Positions 37,888-49,344 of a stretch of DNA of 64,000 nucleotides are shown piece after piece. Numbering within the stretch: the stretch's first letter is position 1; every line of letters starts with the position of its first letter. The position numbers were made by a program, and so were the translations under genes. The DNA comes from Somniosus microcephalus. Lineage: Eukaryota. The notes beneath the pieces are model-generated. The model worked only from the letters and a program-made list of their open reading frames with translations. It did no database searches and was not told the origin of the DNA. The stretch is from NCBI GenBank assembly GCA_052327205.1, contig CM126213.1, positions 79,546,001 through 79,610,000 of the forward strand, in the 5' to 3' direction.

Positions 37888-39467
37888 ATGAGACACTTGC
37901 CGCAGAATACCCAGCCTCTAGACCTGCTCTTGCCACAGTATTTATGTGGCTGGTCCAGTTAAGTTTCTGGTCAATGGTGAACCCAGGATGTTGATGGTGG
38001 GGGATTCGGCAATGGTAAGTCTTTCGCTTGTTGGAGATAGTCATTGCCTGGTACTTTTGTGGCGCGAATGTTACATGCCACATATTAGCCCAAGCTTGAA
38101 TGTCGTCCAGGTCTTGATGCATGCGGGCATGGACTGCTTCATTATTTGAGGAGTTGCAAATGGCACTGAACGCTGTGAAGTCATTAGCAAACATCCCCAT
38201 TTCTGACCTTATGTTGGAGGGAAGGTCATTGATGAAGCAACTGAAGATGGGTGGGCCTAGAATACTGCCCTGAGGAACTCCTGCAGCGATGTCCTGGGGC
38301 TGTGATGATTGACCTCCAACAACCACAACCATCTTCCTTTGTGCTAGGTATGCCTCCAGCCAGTGGAGAGTTTTCTCCCCCGATTCCCACTGACTTCAGT
38401 TTTACTAGGGCTCCTTGATGCCACACTCGGTCAAATGTTGCCTTGATGTCAAGGGCAGTCACTCTCACCTCATCTCTGGAATTCAGCTCTTTTCTCCATG
38501 TTTGGACCAAGGCTGTAATGAAGTCTGGAGCCGAGTCGTCCTGGTGGAACCCAAACTGAGCATTGCTGAGCAGGTTATTGGGTGAGTAAGTGCTATGATA
38601 GCACTGTCGACGACACCTTCCATCACTGTGCTGATGATTGAGAGTAGACTGATGGGGTGGTAATTGGACAGATTGGATTTGTCTTGCTTTTTGTGGACAG
38701 GACATACCTGGGCAGTTTTCCAAATTGTCGGATAGACGTCAGTGTTGTAGCTGTGTTGGAACAGCTTGCCTAGAGGCGCGACTAGTTCTGGAGCACAAGT
38801 CATCAACATGACAGCCGTGATGTTGTCGGAGCCCATAGTCTTTGCTGTATCCAGTGCGCTCAGCCATTTCTTGATTGGATTGGCTGAAGACTGGCTTCTG
38901 TGATGGTGGGGACATCAGGAGGAGGCTGATATGGATCATCCATTCGGCACTTCTGGCGGAAGATGGTTGCAAATGCTTAAGCCTTGTCTTTTGCACTCAC
39001 GTGCTGGGCTCCACCATCATTGAGGGTGGGGTTATTCATGGACCCTCCTCCTCCCGTTAGTTGTTTAATGGTCCACCATCATTCATGACTGGATGTGGCA
39101 GGACTGCAGAGTTTTGATCTGATCCGTTGATTGTGGGATCGCTTAGCTCTGTCTATAGCATGTTGCTTCCACTTTTTAGCATACATAAGCAGCCCTGTGT
39201 TGCAGCTTCCCCAGGTTGCCAGCTCATTTTTAGATATGCCTGGTGCTGCTCCTGGTATGCTCTTCTACGCTCCTTATTGAACCAGGGTTGGTCCGTTGGC
39301 TTGATGGTAATGGTAGAGTGAGAGATATGCCGGGTCATGAGGTTACAGAATGTGGTGGAATACAATTCTGCTGCTGCTGATGGCCCACAGCGCCTCATGG
39401 ATGCCCAGTTTTGAGCTGCTAGATCTGTTCTGAATCTATCCCATTTAGCACGGTGGTAGTGCTACAC

Positions 39468-40621
39468 TGATGCTAGCATAATATTGTTTTTTTTTGTATT
39501 TCTTTCATTTTTTTTCCACATGTCCTCTCTTAAAATTATTAACAGAGATGGAATCTTAATTATTAAGGAATTTCTTAATCAATATATGTTTATCTTCTTA
39601 CTTGGCTTGTTTTAATAATTACAAGTTTTGTGTGTGACTGTGAACAAGTGTGTCCTGATTGTTTGGATGAGTGGATGAGTAATTAGCTCCCTCTATTGGT
39701 GATGTAACATCATGCATGCACAGGTCATGCTTCCATCACATGGAGCATCAGGAAAAATTTACTCACCCTATTGCAATCATGCTGATCGACCGCAGTTCGA
39801 CACAAAGACGAATGCCCTTTATTTCTCTGCATAGAACAATGCCACATTTACCGTCGGATGTGTGGAAGCATTTTAACCCAGGCATTAAAGATGGAAAGAC
39901 TGTGTACATGTGCAAACACTGTACGAAGCCATATGTAAAGAATGCCACAAATATGCAGCATTTATCCAAATGCAACAACTTCACTCAAAGTTCTTCTGCT
40001 TCCATTCAAGAAGATGATGGTTCACATTCAGCATCAGGCTCCTTATCATCAGCAACTCCTGGCCCACTTGGAAGGTTCTTTGATACAATGGATAACCATA
40101 GCCAGAAGAATGCAGATGAGTGCCTTGCTCGAGCTGTATATGCAACAAGCTCACCCGTCATGCTCACAGCCAATGTGTACTGGAAGAGATTTTTCAATGT
40201 TATCCGCCCTGCATATTGTCCTCCCACCAGACATGCTTTGTCTACTTATTTGCTGGAGGCTGAGTATAACAGAACCCAAGGAAAGCTCAAAGAAACGATA
40301 GAGAGGGCAGACTGTGTTGCAGTTATCTCAGATGGGTGGTCAAATGTACGAGGGGAGGGCCTCATAAACTACATTTTTATTTTATTTTAGATGGGTCTTT
40401 TTTGTGGGGGTTCAATAAAGTTCAAAATTATAACCTAAATAAAATTTTGAAAGCCTGTTTTTATTTGTATGGAACAGTATGTCTATTTTGATGACAAAGA
40501 TAATATAAGGGTCAGAGACAAAAACCATCATTGTGCAAAAAAACTCAAAATTCCCATAAATTCCCATAAATTTGCATGGAAAGATTCCTCTTTTAAAAAT
40601 TCCCAGAATTTTGCAACCCTA
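39468..40621 (+). mobile_element. hAT transposon deletion derivative (BED finger + N-terminal catalytic region)
   Basis: From ATG 39839: DVWKHF...CKHC...HLSKC (BED zinc finger) and ISDGWSNVRGEGLINY (first catalytic Asp), after which the ORF truncates at 40390. The right TIR is TTTTGCAACCCTA (40609-40621); the left TIR was not found. Confidence 0.8.
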
Positions 40622-41060
40622 AGTATGACTATGTCAGGCTGTTGCTTGACTAGTCTGTGAGACAGCTCTCCCAATTTTGGCACAAGTCCCCGTGAGGAGG
40701 ACTTTGCAGGGTCGACTTGGCCGGGTGTGCCGTTGTCATGTCTGTAGCTGGTGCCAAGGTCGATGCCGAGTGGTTCATCCGGTTTTATTCTTATTACTGT
40801 TTTTCATATCAGTTTTTTACAATTGAGTGGCTTGCTAGGCCATTTCAGAGGGCAGTTAAGAATCAACCACATTGCTGTGGGTCTGGAGTCACATATAGGC
40901 CAGACCAGGTAAAGACAGCAGATTTCCTTCCCTAAAGGACATTGGTGAACCAGATGGATTTTTATGACAATCCGATAGTTTCATGGTCACCATTACTGAT
41001 ACTAGCTTTCTTTCCAGATTTATTTAATTAACTGAATTTAAATTCCCCAGCTGCCGTGGT

Positions 41061-41140
41061 GGGATTTGAACTCATGTCTCCGGATCATTAGCTCAGGCCT
41101 CTGGATTACTAACCCAGTAACATAACCACTATACTGCCAT
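41061..41140 (-). promoter_or_regulatory. tRNA-like Pol III internal promoter (A/B boxes) at the 5' end of the LINE
   Basis: On the minus strand, an A-box-like TGGCAGTATAGTGG at about 41126-41139 and a B-box GAGTTCAAATCCC at 41061-41073. Confidence 0.6.
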
Positions 41141-41674
41141 TCACACTGGTAATGAAGGTGATTCAAAACTTTTAGGGCTAGATTTTCAGTTGCTTGCGCC
41201 AGCAGTTAGCGCCTTAAGAGAAGTGATTTCCGGGCGCTATGCGTGTAGCGCCCGGGCGCAGCGCAGTTTGCGCCCCGCCCCAAATTAAGTTGCCCGTTAG
41301 CGCCGGCGCAAAGTTTAGCGCCCGCCCGGATGCGCGCGCAGAAAATGACGTCACATCCTCGTGCAACGCCCTTTGGCCGCCCCGATTGCAAACTTCAGTC
41401 GGACCGCCCCATTGTGCGGCGGGCGGCCGGAGCGTTTGGAAAAAGGAACGCAACACAACCAGCGCGGGCCCCGGGGGGCGCTAATTAAAGGGAACGTCCT
41501 CTCCAGTATAAAGGCCATCCATTATTTCAGAAAACAGTCTTGTGCAACGCATTTCTGGAGACACAACAAGGAGGATAGCTAACTGGTTTCAAGCAGCAAG
41601 AGCCAGGTATTTTTGGACTCAGGCAACAGCGCTGCAAGTGTCCATTTGGAAATTAGAGTGTTTGCCAGGATTTG

Positions 41675-42835
41675 ATGGGGGTTGCATGGGGTGCCAACGC
41701 GGAGCTGCAGCTCCATGTCCGTAGGGCTCGCAGACGTATTGTCAGAGGGGCAGCCCTGGCTAGAGGCAGAGGGGGCTACAGGCGTCGGCCACGTAGGCCT
41801 TACCCAGTCAGGCTATACCGCCAGCAGCGCTCCTACCTAAACATGAGTGCCGCGCGATGTGTTAAAAGGCTCCGATTCCGGAAGGGGGTGATTGCAGAGA
41901 TCTGCCACCTGCTTCGCCGAGATCTGCGGCCAAAGCTCAGGTGCAGGACGTCTCTGTCGGTGGAAGTGAAGGTGACAGTGGCATTGAACTTCTATGCCAC
42001 CGGCTCCTTCCAATACGCTGCTGGGGACATAGCAAACATCTCCCAGTACGGCGCGCATCGCTGCATCCGCCAGGTGACCGAAGCACTGTTCAGAAGGAGA
42101 AGCCAATTCATCTCCTTCCCCATGGCCCTGGAGAGCCAGCATCAGCGCGCATTGGGATTTTCCAGACTCGGGGAATTCCCCTTGGTGCAGGGCGCCATTG
42201 ACTGTACGCATGTGGCTTTGCGGGCCCCTCTGGAGCATGGCGAGCAGTATCGCAACAGGAAGGGCTACCATTCTCTGAATGTGCAGCTGGTCTGTGACCA
42301 CAAGCAGCGCATCATGGCAGTCAATGCCAGCTTCCCAGGCAGCAGCCACGATGCCTTTATCCTGCGGCAGAGTACTGTGCATGACATGTTCCAGGCACAG
42401 CCTCCCCCAAGAGGATGGCTACTCGGGGACAAAGGCTATCCTTTGTGCACCTGGCTCATGACCCCGCTCCGCGCGCCCAGGACCGCTGCTGAAGAGGCCT
42501 ACAACGAGAGCCATCAAACCACCCGCAACATCATCGAGCTAACTATTGGGGTCCTCAAGCAGCGGTTCCGCTGCCTTGATCGCTCCGGAGGAGCTCTCCA
42601 GTATTCGCCGGACCGGGTCTCCCAATTTGTGGTGGTTTGCTGCATGCTACACAACCTGGCTATCCGCAGGACTCAGGCACTGCCACCTGACGTTGGACCA
42701 GCACCTCAGGAGGAGGAGCAGGAGGAGCATGAGGAGGAGGAGGAGGAGGAGGAGGAGGAGCAGGAGTACATTCCCAGGAGGGAGCGACCAGGGCCAAGGG
42801 CCGCACGACGCCACCTTATTACACGGTACTTCTAA
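41675..42835 (+). CDS. Harbinger DDE transposase (HARBI1-like, DDE_Tnp_4 type), 386 aa from the ATG
   Basis: Uninterrupted ORF with GAIDCTH, NRKGYHSLNVQLVCD, PGSSHD, GDKGY, IIELTIGVLKQRFRCL and CCMLHN. All three catalytic residues are present, followed by a poly-Glu tail. Confidence 0.95.
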   Translation: MGVAWGANAELQLHVRRARRRIVRGAALARGRGGYRRRPRRPYPVRLYRQQRSYLNMSAARCVKRLRFRKGVIAEICHLLRRDLRPKLRCRTSLSVEVKVTVALNFYATGSFQYAAGDIANISQYGAHRCIRQVTEALFRRRSQFISFPMALESQHQRALGFSRLGEFPLVQGAIDCTHVALRAPLEHGEQYRNRKGYHSLNVQLVCDHKQRIMAVNASFPGSSHDAFILRQSTVHDMFQAQPPPRGWLLGDKGYPLCTWLMTPLRAPRTAAEEAYNESHQTTRNIIELTIGVLKQRFRCLDRSGGALQYSPDRVSQFVVVCCMLHNLAIRRTQALPPDVGPAPQEEEQEEHEEEEEEEEEEQEYIPRRERPGPRAARRHLITRYF

Positions 42836-43198
42836 GCCCCCTGTCAGGGAATGGCCAGGGGCCATGAGGGAAGATGAATGCAGCCGCTCCGCAAGCCCTC
42901 AGCCGGCGAAGCCAACAAACACTAAGAAGAACAACCATGGAGACTGCATGAATAAAGATAATTTTTTATTAAACAAAAATGAAAAGCCCTTCCCACATGA
43001 ATCCCCAAAAACAATAAACGGGCCCCACAAAAAGCCCAACAAACGACTCACTCCCACAAACTGGGGAGGAGCCACTCCACCTTTATTGAAACCGGGCCTC
43101 AACGTCGGCCTAACGCAAAAAAAAAGCCCTCCAAAAGCACAACCATGGGCAAAATAAAGATGGCCACCGCCATATTAAAGGAAAGCTGGCCACACCCT

Positions 43199-45139
43199 CT
43201 ACTGAGTGGCCCGCGAGGGCGAGACCTTGGCCAGCATTTTGCCTCCCCTGCCCTGCCTGCTGCTCCTTCGCAAGCTCTGCCCAGTGGCTGCTGCGAGGCT
43301 GGGGGAAGGCGCCTGAGGCTCAGATGCCCTTCCGCCAGATGCCGCTGGGGGGCGGCCTACACGGCGTTTGGGCCTCGAGGGGCCGTCTCCTGAGTGGCGC
43401 GCCTGAGCCTGGCCACCATCAGCTGCAGCCGCTTGCCCTTGACGCCCCAGAGGGGGAATGGCGGCGACGGATGGTGCAATGTGGGCCAGCTGGCGTCTGG
43501 GATGCGCTGGCTGGTGCTGTGGCGCGGTGGCACTCGGCCGGGCCCGCACTGCAGGATCCGCAGCAATCAGCCGACGGCCGGCTTGCTGGGATGGTCCAGC
43601 GCGGCGCCTGCCCTGGCGATGCCTGCCTGAGACAGCGCGTGTGGCAGCAGTGAGTGGCCCTGTGGTCCTGGTGTGCGCGTGCATCACATCCGCCAGGGTC
43701 TTGACGGCATCAGTTAGCATGCGGCCAGTCGCGGCAGTTGCTGCCCCGAACTCGCGCACACTGGTCGCCAGCGACTCGATGGCCTCAGGCATGCGCCCCA
43801 CCACGCTCATGAGCTCCGTGTGGCGCCGGTCCGAGTCGTCGGCCATCTGATCGAGCTTCCGCACCTCCTCCGAAGTGAAGGTGTCCGGACTGGAGTCGCG
43901 ACTCTCCCGCTGGGGAGGAGGGGGCCGAACTAGGGGACCCTTGCCGCGTTGGTGACGGCGAGTGTGCCGAGCAGCAGCACTCCCCTCTGATCCTTCCCCC
44001 CTTTGGGGGGAAGGCCGCGGGCCACGCGCACGGCTGCTGGGTGGCTGGACGCCACTGGTCCCAGAAGCTGCATTGCCCTGCGACAGTTCCTCCAGGCACT
44101 CGTCCAGTGAGGAGGTGTCGAGCATTTCCTCCTCTCCTGCGGGACGTGACTGTTCCCCCGAAGGTCCGGCTTGCTCCTCCTCCTCCTCCTGGTTGGAGGT
44201 GCTGTCACTGGCAGCCTCAGGGTCCTGGTCGTCACCAGCTGAAAGCAGGAATGCACAAGAGTAGCTTCAGAGTGAGGAGACGGCGTCAGCGAGGGAGTTA
44301 GGACTGGTGGGATTCAGCGCATTGGTGGGACAGTGGCAAAGGAGGTAGCTCGGATGGGCCAGTGCGACGCAAGAGGGCCAAAAGGCGAGGTCCTTACCAT
44401 TGCCGGGCAGTGGAGGGTCGGATACACCGCACGCTGTGGGGACAATCACACGTGCTCCCATGAGCACACACACGCGCTCCTCCAGCCGAGTGAGCTTCTG
44501 CAGCTTGGCGCGGCCACCCCTGGCACGGGCCTGGCGATTAAACGCTACTTTAGCCTGCAAGAGAAAGGACGGGCTGTAAGTGCGCAGTGAAGCCCTGATG
44601 TAGTGTGCACTGCCTCCCATGGTGGAATAGCTTGGACAGAGTGAAGCCCTGATGTAGTGAGCACTGCCTCCCATGGTGGAATAGCTTGGACAGAGTGAAG
44701 CCCTGATGTAGTGTGCACTGCCTCCCATGGTGGAATAGCTTGGCCAAAGTGTAGAGTGCCGAATGGCCATTTGATGCTCATGACTGTCCCAATGCTGCTG
44801 GCTGAGGGCTGGCCAAAAGGACTTTCAGGTCCCTTTGCCCATCATGTCAGGTGTACATGCAAGAATGAGGAGGAGACTGGAAAGGCTACTCACCCTCACA
44901 ATCCTGGTCAGATCGTTGTACTTCTTACGGCATTGTGTGTGGGTCCTGGGGGCCTCGCCGGTGAACGTCACCCTCTGGGCGATCTGCTTCCAGGCTTTGG
45001 TGTAGTCGTGGTGGGTTGGATTCCTCCCACTGTCTGGAAACAAGATCTTGCGCCTCACCTCCAGAGCTGTGAGCATGATGTCCAGATCACCCTCTGAGAA
45101 GCGCAGGGCACGCTGACGGGCCTTCTCTGGCGTTGCCAT
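43199..45139 (-). CDS. Harbinger Myb/SANT-like DNA-binding protein, 3 exons (45139-44894, 44554-44398, 44238-43199), 480 aa
   Basis: Exon 1 reads MATPEKARQRALRFSEGDL...AWKQIAQRV...RTHTQCRKKYNDL. The GT-AG introns (gtgagt..ttgcag phase 0; gtaagg..tttcag phase 1) splice to 1443 nt with no internal stop and join ORF 43199-44125 in frame. Confidence 0.88.
44586..44743. repeat. 54-bp tandem repeat x3 in intron 1 of the Myb/SANT gene
   Basis: Unit AGTGAAGCCCTGATGTAGTG(T/A)GCACTGCCTCCCATGGTGGAATAGCTTGGACAG starts at 44586, 44640 and 44694; the third copy is partial. Confidence 0.95.
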
Positions 45140-45600
45140 GACTCCCTGGGGCTGAGCAGTAGTGTTGAGGCCTCTTTGCAAGGCTGCAGTGTGCAGGGCG
45201 TGGCAGCAGACCAATTCGTCCCTTCCCCCTTTAAGAGCTGGTCGGCACCACGGGGTCTGCTGTCAGTGCAAAAATGACCGCACCCGTGCTGCGCCCCGCC
45301 TGGGCGCTATCCCTCTGGACCGCCGGCTTAGCGCCTAAAGAGAGTAGTGGAATGCCTCTTTTAGCGCTCCACCAACCTCTTAGGGCGAAGCCACTGAATT
45401 CCCGGCAACGGGGCGCTACTTTGGGGCGGGCGCTAACTTCGGGCGGGCGCTAAGGTTAGCGCCCCAAAACTGCCTATACTGAAAATCTAGCCCCCGAAAT
45501 TTAAAAGTTGATTGGAACAGAAACAAGGAGATTTAAAAAATTGTCCAGATCAAACAAAGTCAAACTTGAGTTAGCAAGGAACACAGCCAAAGAGAACAAG

Positions 45601-46491
45601 GGGGGGAAATTTGGTATCGCCCCGTTTGGGGCATAATTATCGGCCGGGTGCAAAGTTTAGCACCTGGCGCTAATTATCGTTTCCGACTGCAAATTTGGCT
45701 TCTATCGTCCCTGGAGGTGATTGGAGTGCTAAATCAGGCACTAAATACCTCTCTTAAGGCGCTAATGCCGAGGAGCGAGGCGCTACCTCAGAGCGCTGGC
45801 AAAGCTCATGTGATGTCAGTTAGTAATGGAACACAGACACACTGGCACCGGCCAGTTCTTAAAGGGGAAAGTCGATCTTGCTGTCCATCCACACCCTGCT
45901 CATTGCAGCCTTGAATCAAGGCCTGGAGAGACCTGTACATCAAATCTGCTGGAAAGAACAATGGAGAGGCCCAGGGAAAGAGCTCAGAGTACAGCCCCCA
46001 TAGTCTCTTCTAAATCGATGCAAGGAAGGTCAAATCAAAATGAACCTGCAAAGTGCTGCTCAGTACCCAAAACTCCTTCACACAGCGTTGAATCTTTCCA
46101 GGAGTCTCTCTCTCTCTATCTCAGAATGCGTGGTGCAAAAATGCCGCCGACAAAAAAGGGTAGGAAGCAGTCGCCTTTAAATAGCGCTCCCCCAGTCACT
46201 TCATGACTGCAAAATGCTCCCCTCAACTTGTAATTGCTAGCAGCAGGCGGTAAGGCAGGGGGCACCATTTAGTATCCGCTCCGGGGCACTACTGGGGCGT
46301 TGCACGCTCGACTGACGTCACGATCTGCGGGCGCAGGAGATCGTGGCGGTAGTGTTTAGCGCCACCGCAAAATGTCTGGTCAATTTCGTGAACGGCGCAA
46401 ACATCGCCGCGCCCGGGCGCTAGTTGCTTTGCGCCCCATTAGCGCCCTCTTAGGGCGCTAACGGGAGGCGCAAAGCAACCGAATTTTTCCC
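45601..46491 (-). mobile_element. Non-autonomous Harbinger (TTAGCGCC family), opposite orientation to 49345-50019
   Basis: G-run/AAATT TIR-like ends with CAAG at both junctions. The right end is the reverse complement of the left end of 49345-50019. It retains a Myb-like start, MERPRERAQ, at 45961. Confidence 0.8.
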
Positions 46492-46697
46492 AAGTCTTTC
46501 AATTAGAGATTGAGCAGTCTATGTTTGTGCATGGTCAGTGGAAATCCAAAATTCAGAGAAACCAGAGCATCCATTGTGTGCAGCCATTTAATTCAGTTGC
46601 AAACATCTTCAATATACTTACCAAATCAATTGCAAAAATGCTGATGGCTTGAGTGCTGTCCCCAGAAGTTAGTGTATTCATTCTGTGAGCAGCTAAT

Positions 46698-47406
46698 GGC
46701 CCAGTAATTCTGGGCATAACGCGTGAGTAAGGACGGGGTACTCACGCGTGTGCCCGGAGGAATTGCTGGTTTTCAGCATGCACAGCGCATGCGCTGAAAA
46801 CCGGCATTTCCTGTCCTCTGACCCAAGGGGTTAAGAGGCAGAATGCGCGCGACTGCACAGGCAGCGCGTGCGCAATGAAATTCCTTTTTTCAGAGTTGCG
46901 CGTGTGTAAAGGTAAGTGAGCTTTTAGTACAATTGAGAATTTTTTTTCCCACAGGTTTGTTATTTTTAAAGAATTTACAGTAAGGTAAGTTTAGTTTTAG
47001 CCCCGATTTAAAAAAAAAAAATTTTTTTCAAATTTTAAAATTATTGTTCAAAATAGTTTTTCAGAGTTCTTTATTGTTCATTTAAGTAGTGCAATGTTTT
47101 TTTTAATTTTCTTTCAGGTTTAAGTAGTGTTTTGGAGCCAGGAGTTTTCATGAGTTTGACAGCTCTTTCTGTCAAACTCATGAATGAGTTTCCCCTCCCC
47201 TGATTGGCTGCACAGTGCTCACCTGATCCCAGCCGGCACATCGCACTAACTATGCCGCTGGATCAGGTAAGCACAGCGCGCCGACATCAGAACCGGGCCA
47301 GTGACAGGAAATGCAAGCAGGCCCGGGCTTCAGATGTCAGCGCGCCGGGTGAGTGCACATCGGGGGCTTGCACGCGCGGCAAGCACCCGATCCTAATTTC
47401 AGGGCC
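46698..47406. mobile_element. Non-autonomous Harbinger-type element, hairpin-rich family, copy 2
   Basis: Colinear with 8791-9555 with the same TIRs; flanks are AAT and ATT. Confidence 0.85.
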
Positions 47407-48513
47407 ATTGTTAATCTGTGCTGGTGAAGTGGACATACAGAGGGGGAAACTGCGCTCTATTTTTTGGTTATTCTCTAGTCTGAGTCGAAAAATTAAACAT
47501 CAAAAAGCAAATAATCAAACTTACTTTGAAATGTCTTTTTTTGCTGGGCTCTCATGCTGGGGATTAGAATCCAAGGTTTTTTTTGTTTTTCCATGTTGGA
47601 TCTTGTTCTGCAACACCACCAACTATCAGTGTGGTTAGTTGTACATCTTCACCTGGCAGTGAAACCAGCTCTTTTATGTTGCTGCCAGAGAGGTTTTTAA
47701 GTCATAGGCTCGCACAGCAGGCAGAAGCCTTAATTTTCTGCCTGAACCATGGGCCAAAATATTTTAGCATCGTCATGCAAATGTAAAGTTTTCCTACAAA
47801 TATGTTGGTCCTTGTGAAAATGCTTTAAAAAGCATGTTGAATATGTATAAAAATAATATTGAATAAGTCAAATTAGAGCAGAAGTCAAACAGTAGAATAT
47901 TTAGAATATTTTCAGTATTGTTTAAAACTATTCTGTTTGACTTCATAGAAATCTTTCAAAGTGACAAACCATAACAGACCTTTTGACTCCCTTAACATTC
48001 TTCTGTTTTTGAAGCTAACAGACTCCTAATGTGAACCTTAAAGAAACAAGACCTATGGTTTCTGCTAAGAGATATTGTTTTGCTGAGTCCTGCTTATCTA
48101 GTGCACAAAAACATACTGAACTCTGGGATAAGTATGTGCTATATCCAGCTGTTTAAACAGCGAGTAATTAAAACAATTCAGTTTGAAAAGTAATATTCCC
48201 TGACAGACTGTAACTATTTCATATTACACGTCCAAAAAAAGATACAGCAAGTTTGTGGTATTCTGTGCCCAAGAGGTTAGCAGACGGTATGCTGCTGTGG
48301 TACCCAGGATCTTGCACGAAAACATTTGGTACACATCTTTAGTGACTGGTAAAATGACTGTGGATAGAACTAGTGCCTTCAGGGTGTAAAATGGCCAGAT
48401 TTCCAGGTCCCAGCATCATACAGAACTGCACTCGGCTCATTCGGCATTTTGAAATGAATGACTTGCAGAAAGGCTTAAATGACAGAGAAAAACTGCAGAG
48501 GTTTTAAGTGTAA

Positions 48514-48694
48514 TAGAATCATAGAAACTTACAGCACAGAAGGAGGTCATTCGGCCCATCGTGCCTGTGCCGGCACTTGAAAGCGTTAATTTAGTCCCAC
48601 ACTCCAGCTTTTTCTCCATAATCCTGCACATTGGTCCTCTCCAAGTACATGTCCAATTGCCTTTTGAATGTTCTATGGAATCTGCTTCCACCAC
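48514..48694 (-). mobile_element. Short CR1 3' fragment
   Basis: Tail atagaatcatagaaacttacagcacagaaggaggtcattcggccc and the VEADSI-type ORF2 end. Confidence 0.7.
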
Positions 48695-49344
48695 TACAAA
48701 GATTTAAATTTAAATTTATACTAATCTTCAATTGTGGTAGCAGTTATTTTGAGATGTTATGGAATGATAAAAATCCATTTCATAAATACAATATCTGTCT
48801 ATAAATGTCTACCTCCCATAGTGATTAGGATTTTACTGAGCCATCAAAGTTAGTTCCACTGGGAATGTTATTCTAAAATTTAAATAGTGGCCAAGGCAGG
48901 CAGTCAACTTGTTTTAGGCAAGCAACTTTTTGTAATTTTAGTGCCTTAAGCCAGACCTAGAACCATTTTAAAATCCGGAGATGCCTGTTGATGGCCATTT
49001 CTTAATAAAGAGTTTATATAATAGGAAGGGTTGCAGAGAGATAAGGTTTTAAATGTTATAGCTTGGGCTTGACACAGTTCAACAAATTCTTGGCAGGAAT
49101 GCAATTTTTCTTTTAACAAGAGACAGCTCTTACTCTCATAATGAACCGAACACACTGACATCAGTGCTTAGGTAGCAGACACGATCTGTAGGATTCCCTT
49201 GGCTATTATCACTGGAATTCCTTCTTACAAAGCAAATGGATTCCATTCAGGGCTGTGTGAAAGAACTTTAAAATATGGTTTTAGAAATGAATAATGAGTG
49301 TATAGAATAGATCTGGAGGCAAGTCCTTAACATTCAAAGCCATT

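Larger units (their letters stand above)
36090..41140 (-). mobile_element. CR1/L2-group LINE, near full extent, with tRNA-like head; interrupted by CR1 (36666-37887) and hAT (39468-40621)
   Basis: APE N-terminus GLVPKLGELSHRLVKQQPDIVIL (about 40622-40690), NYHPISLLS, LDIKATFDRVWH, GVPQGSILGP, FAND, and MEYSPLAWMSAAP C-terminus. The 3' tail ends near 36090. Confidence 0.85.
41175..45493 (+). mobile_element. Autonomous-type PIF/Harbinger DNA transposon, apparently coding-intact
   Basis: Perfect 16-bp TIRs GGGCTAGATTTTCAGT, two convergent genes, GC/CpG-rich sequence and clustered TTAGCGCC subterminal motifs. The flanks (TTA, CCG) do not form a matching TSD. Confidence 0.95.

Noticed and set aside
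41061-41140. Genuine tRNA gene (also near 7880-7960)
   Set aside because: A/B boxes are present but I could not fold a cloverleaf, and the sequence continues into a repeat body.
43145-44301. Several overlapping + strand ORFs suggesting a third Harbinger gene
   Set aside because: They are antisense shadows of the GC-rich Myb exon 3 with no recognisable motifs.
44586-44743. Possible CRISPR-like array
   Set aside because: The units are head-to-tail with no unique spacers, there are no cas genes, and the context is a eukaryotic intron.
41675-45139. Domesticated host genes HARBI1 / NAIF1 / MSANTD
   Set aside because: Both genes sit between perfect TIRs in the standard transposon layout, with related MITEs nearby, so no host gene symbol is justified.
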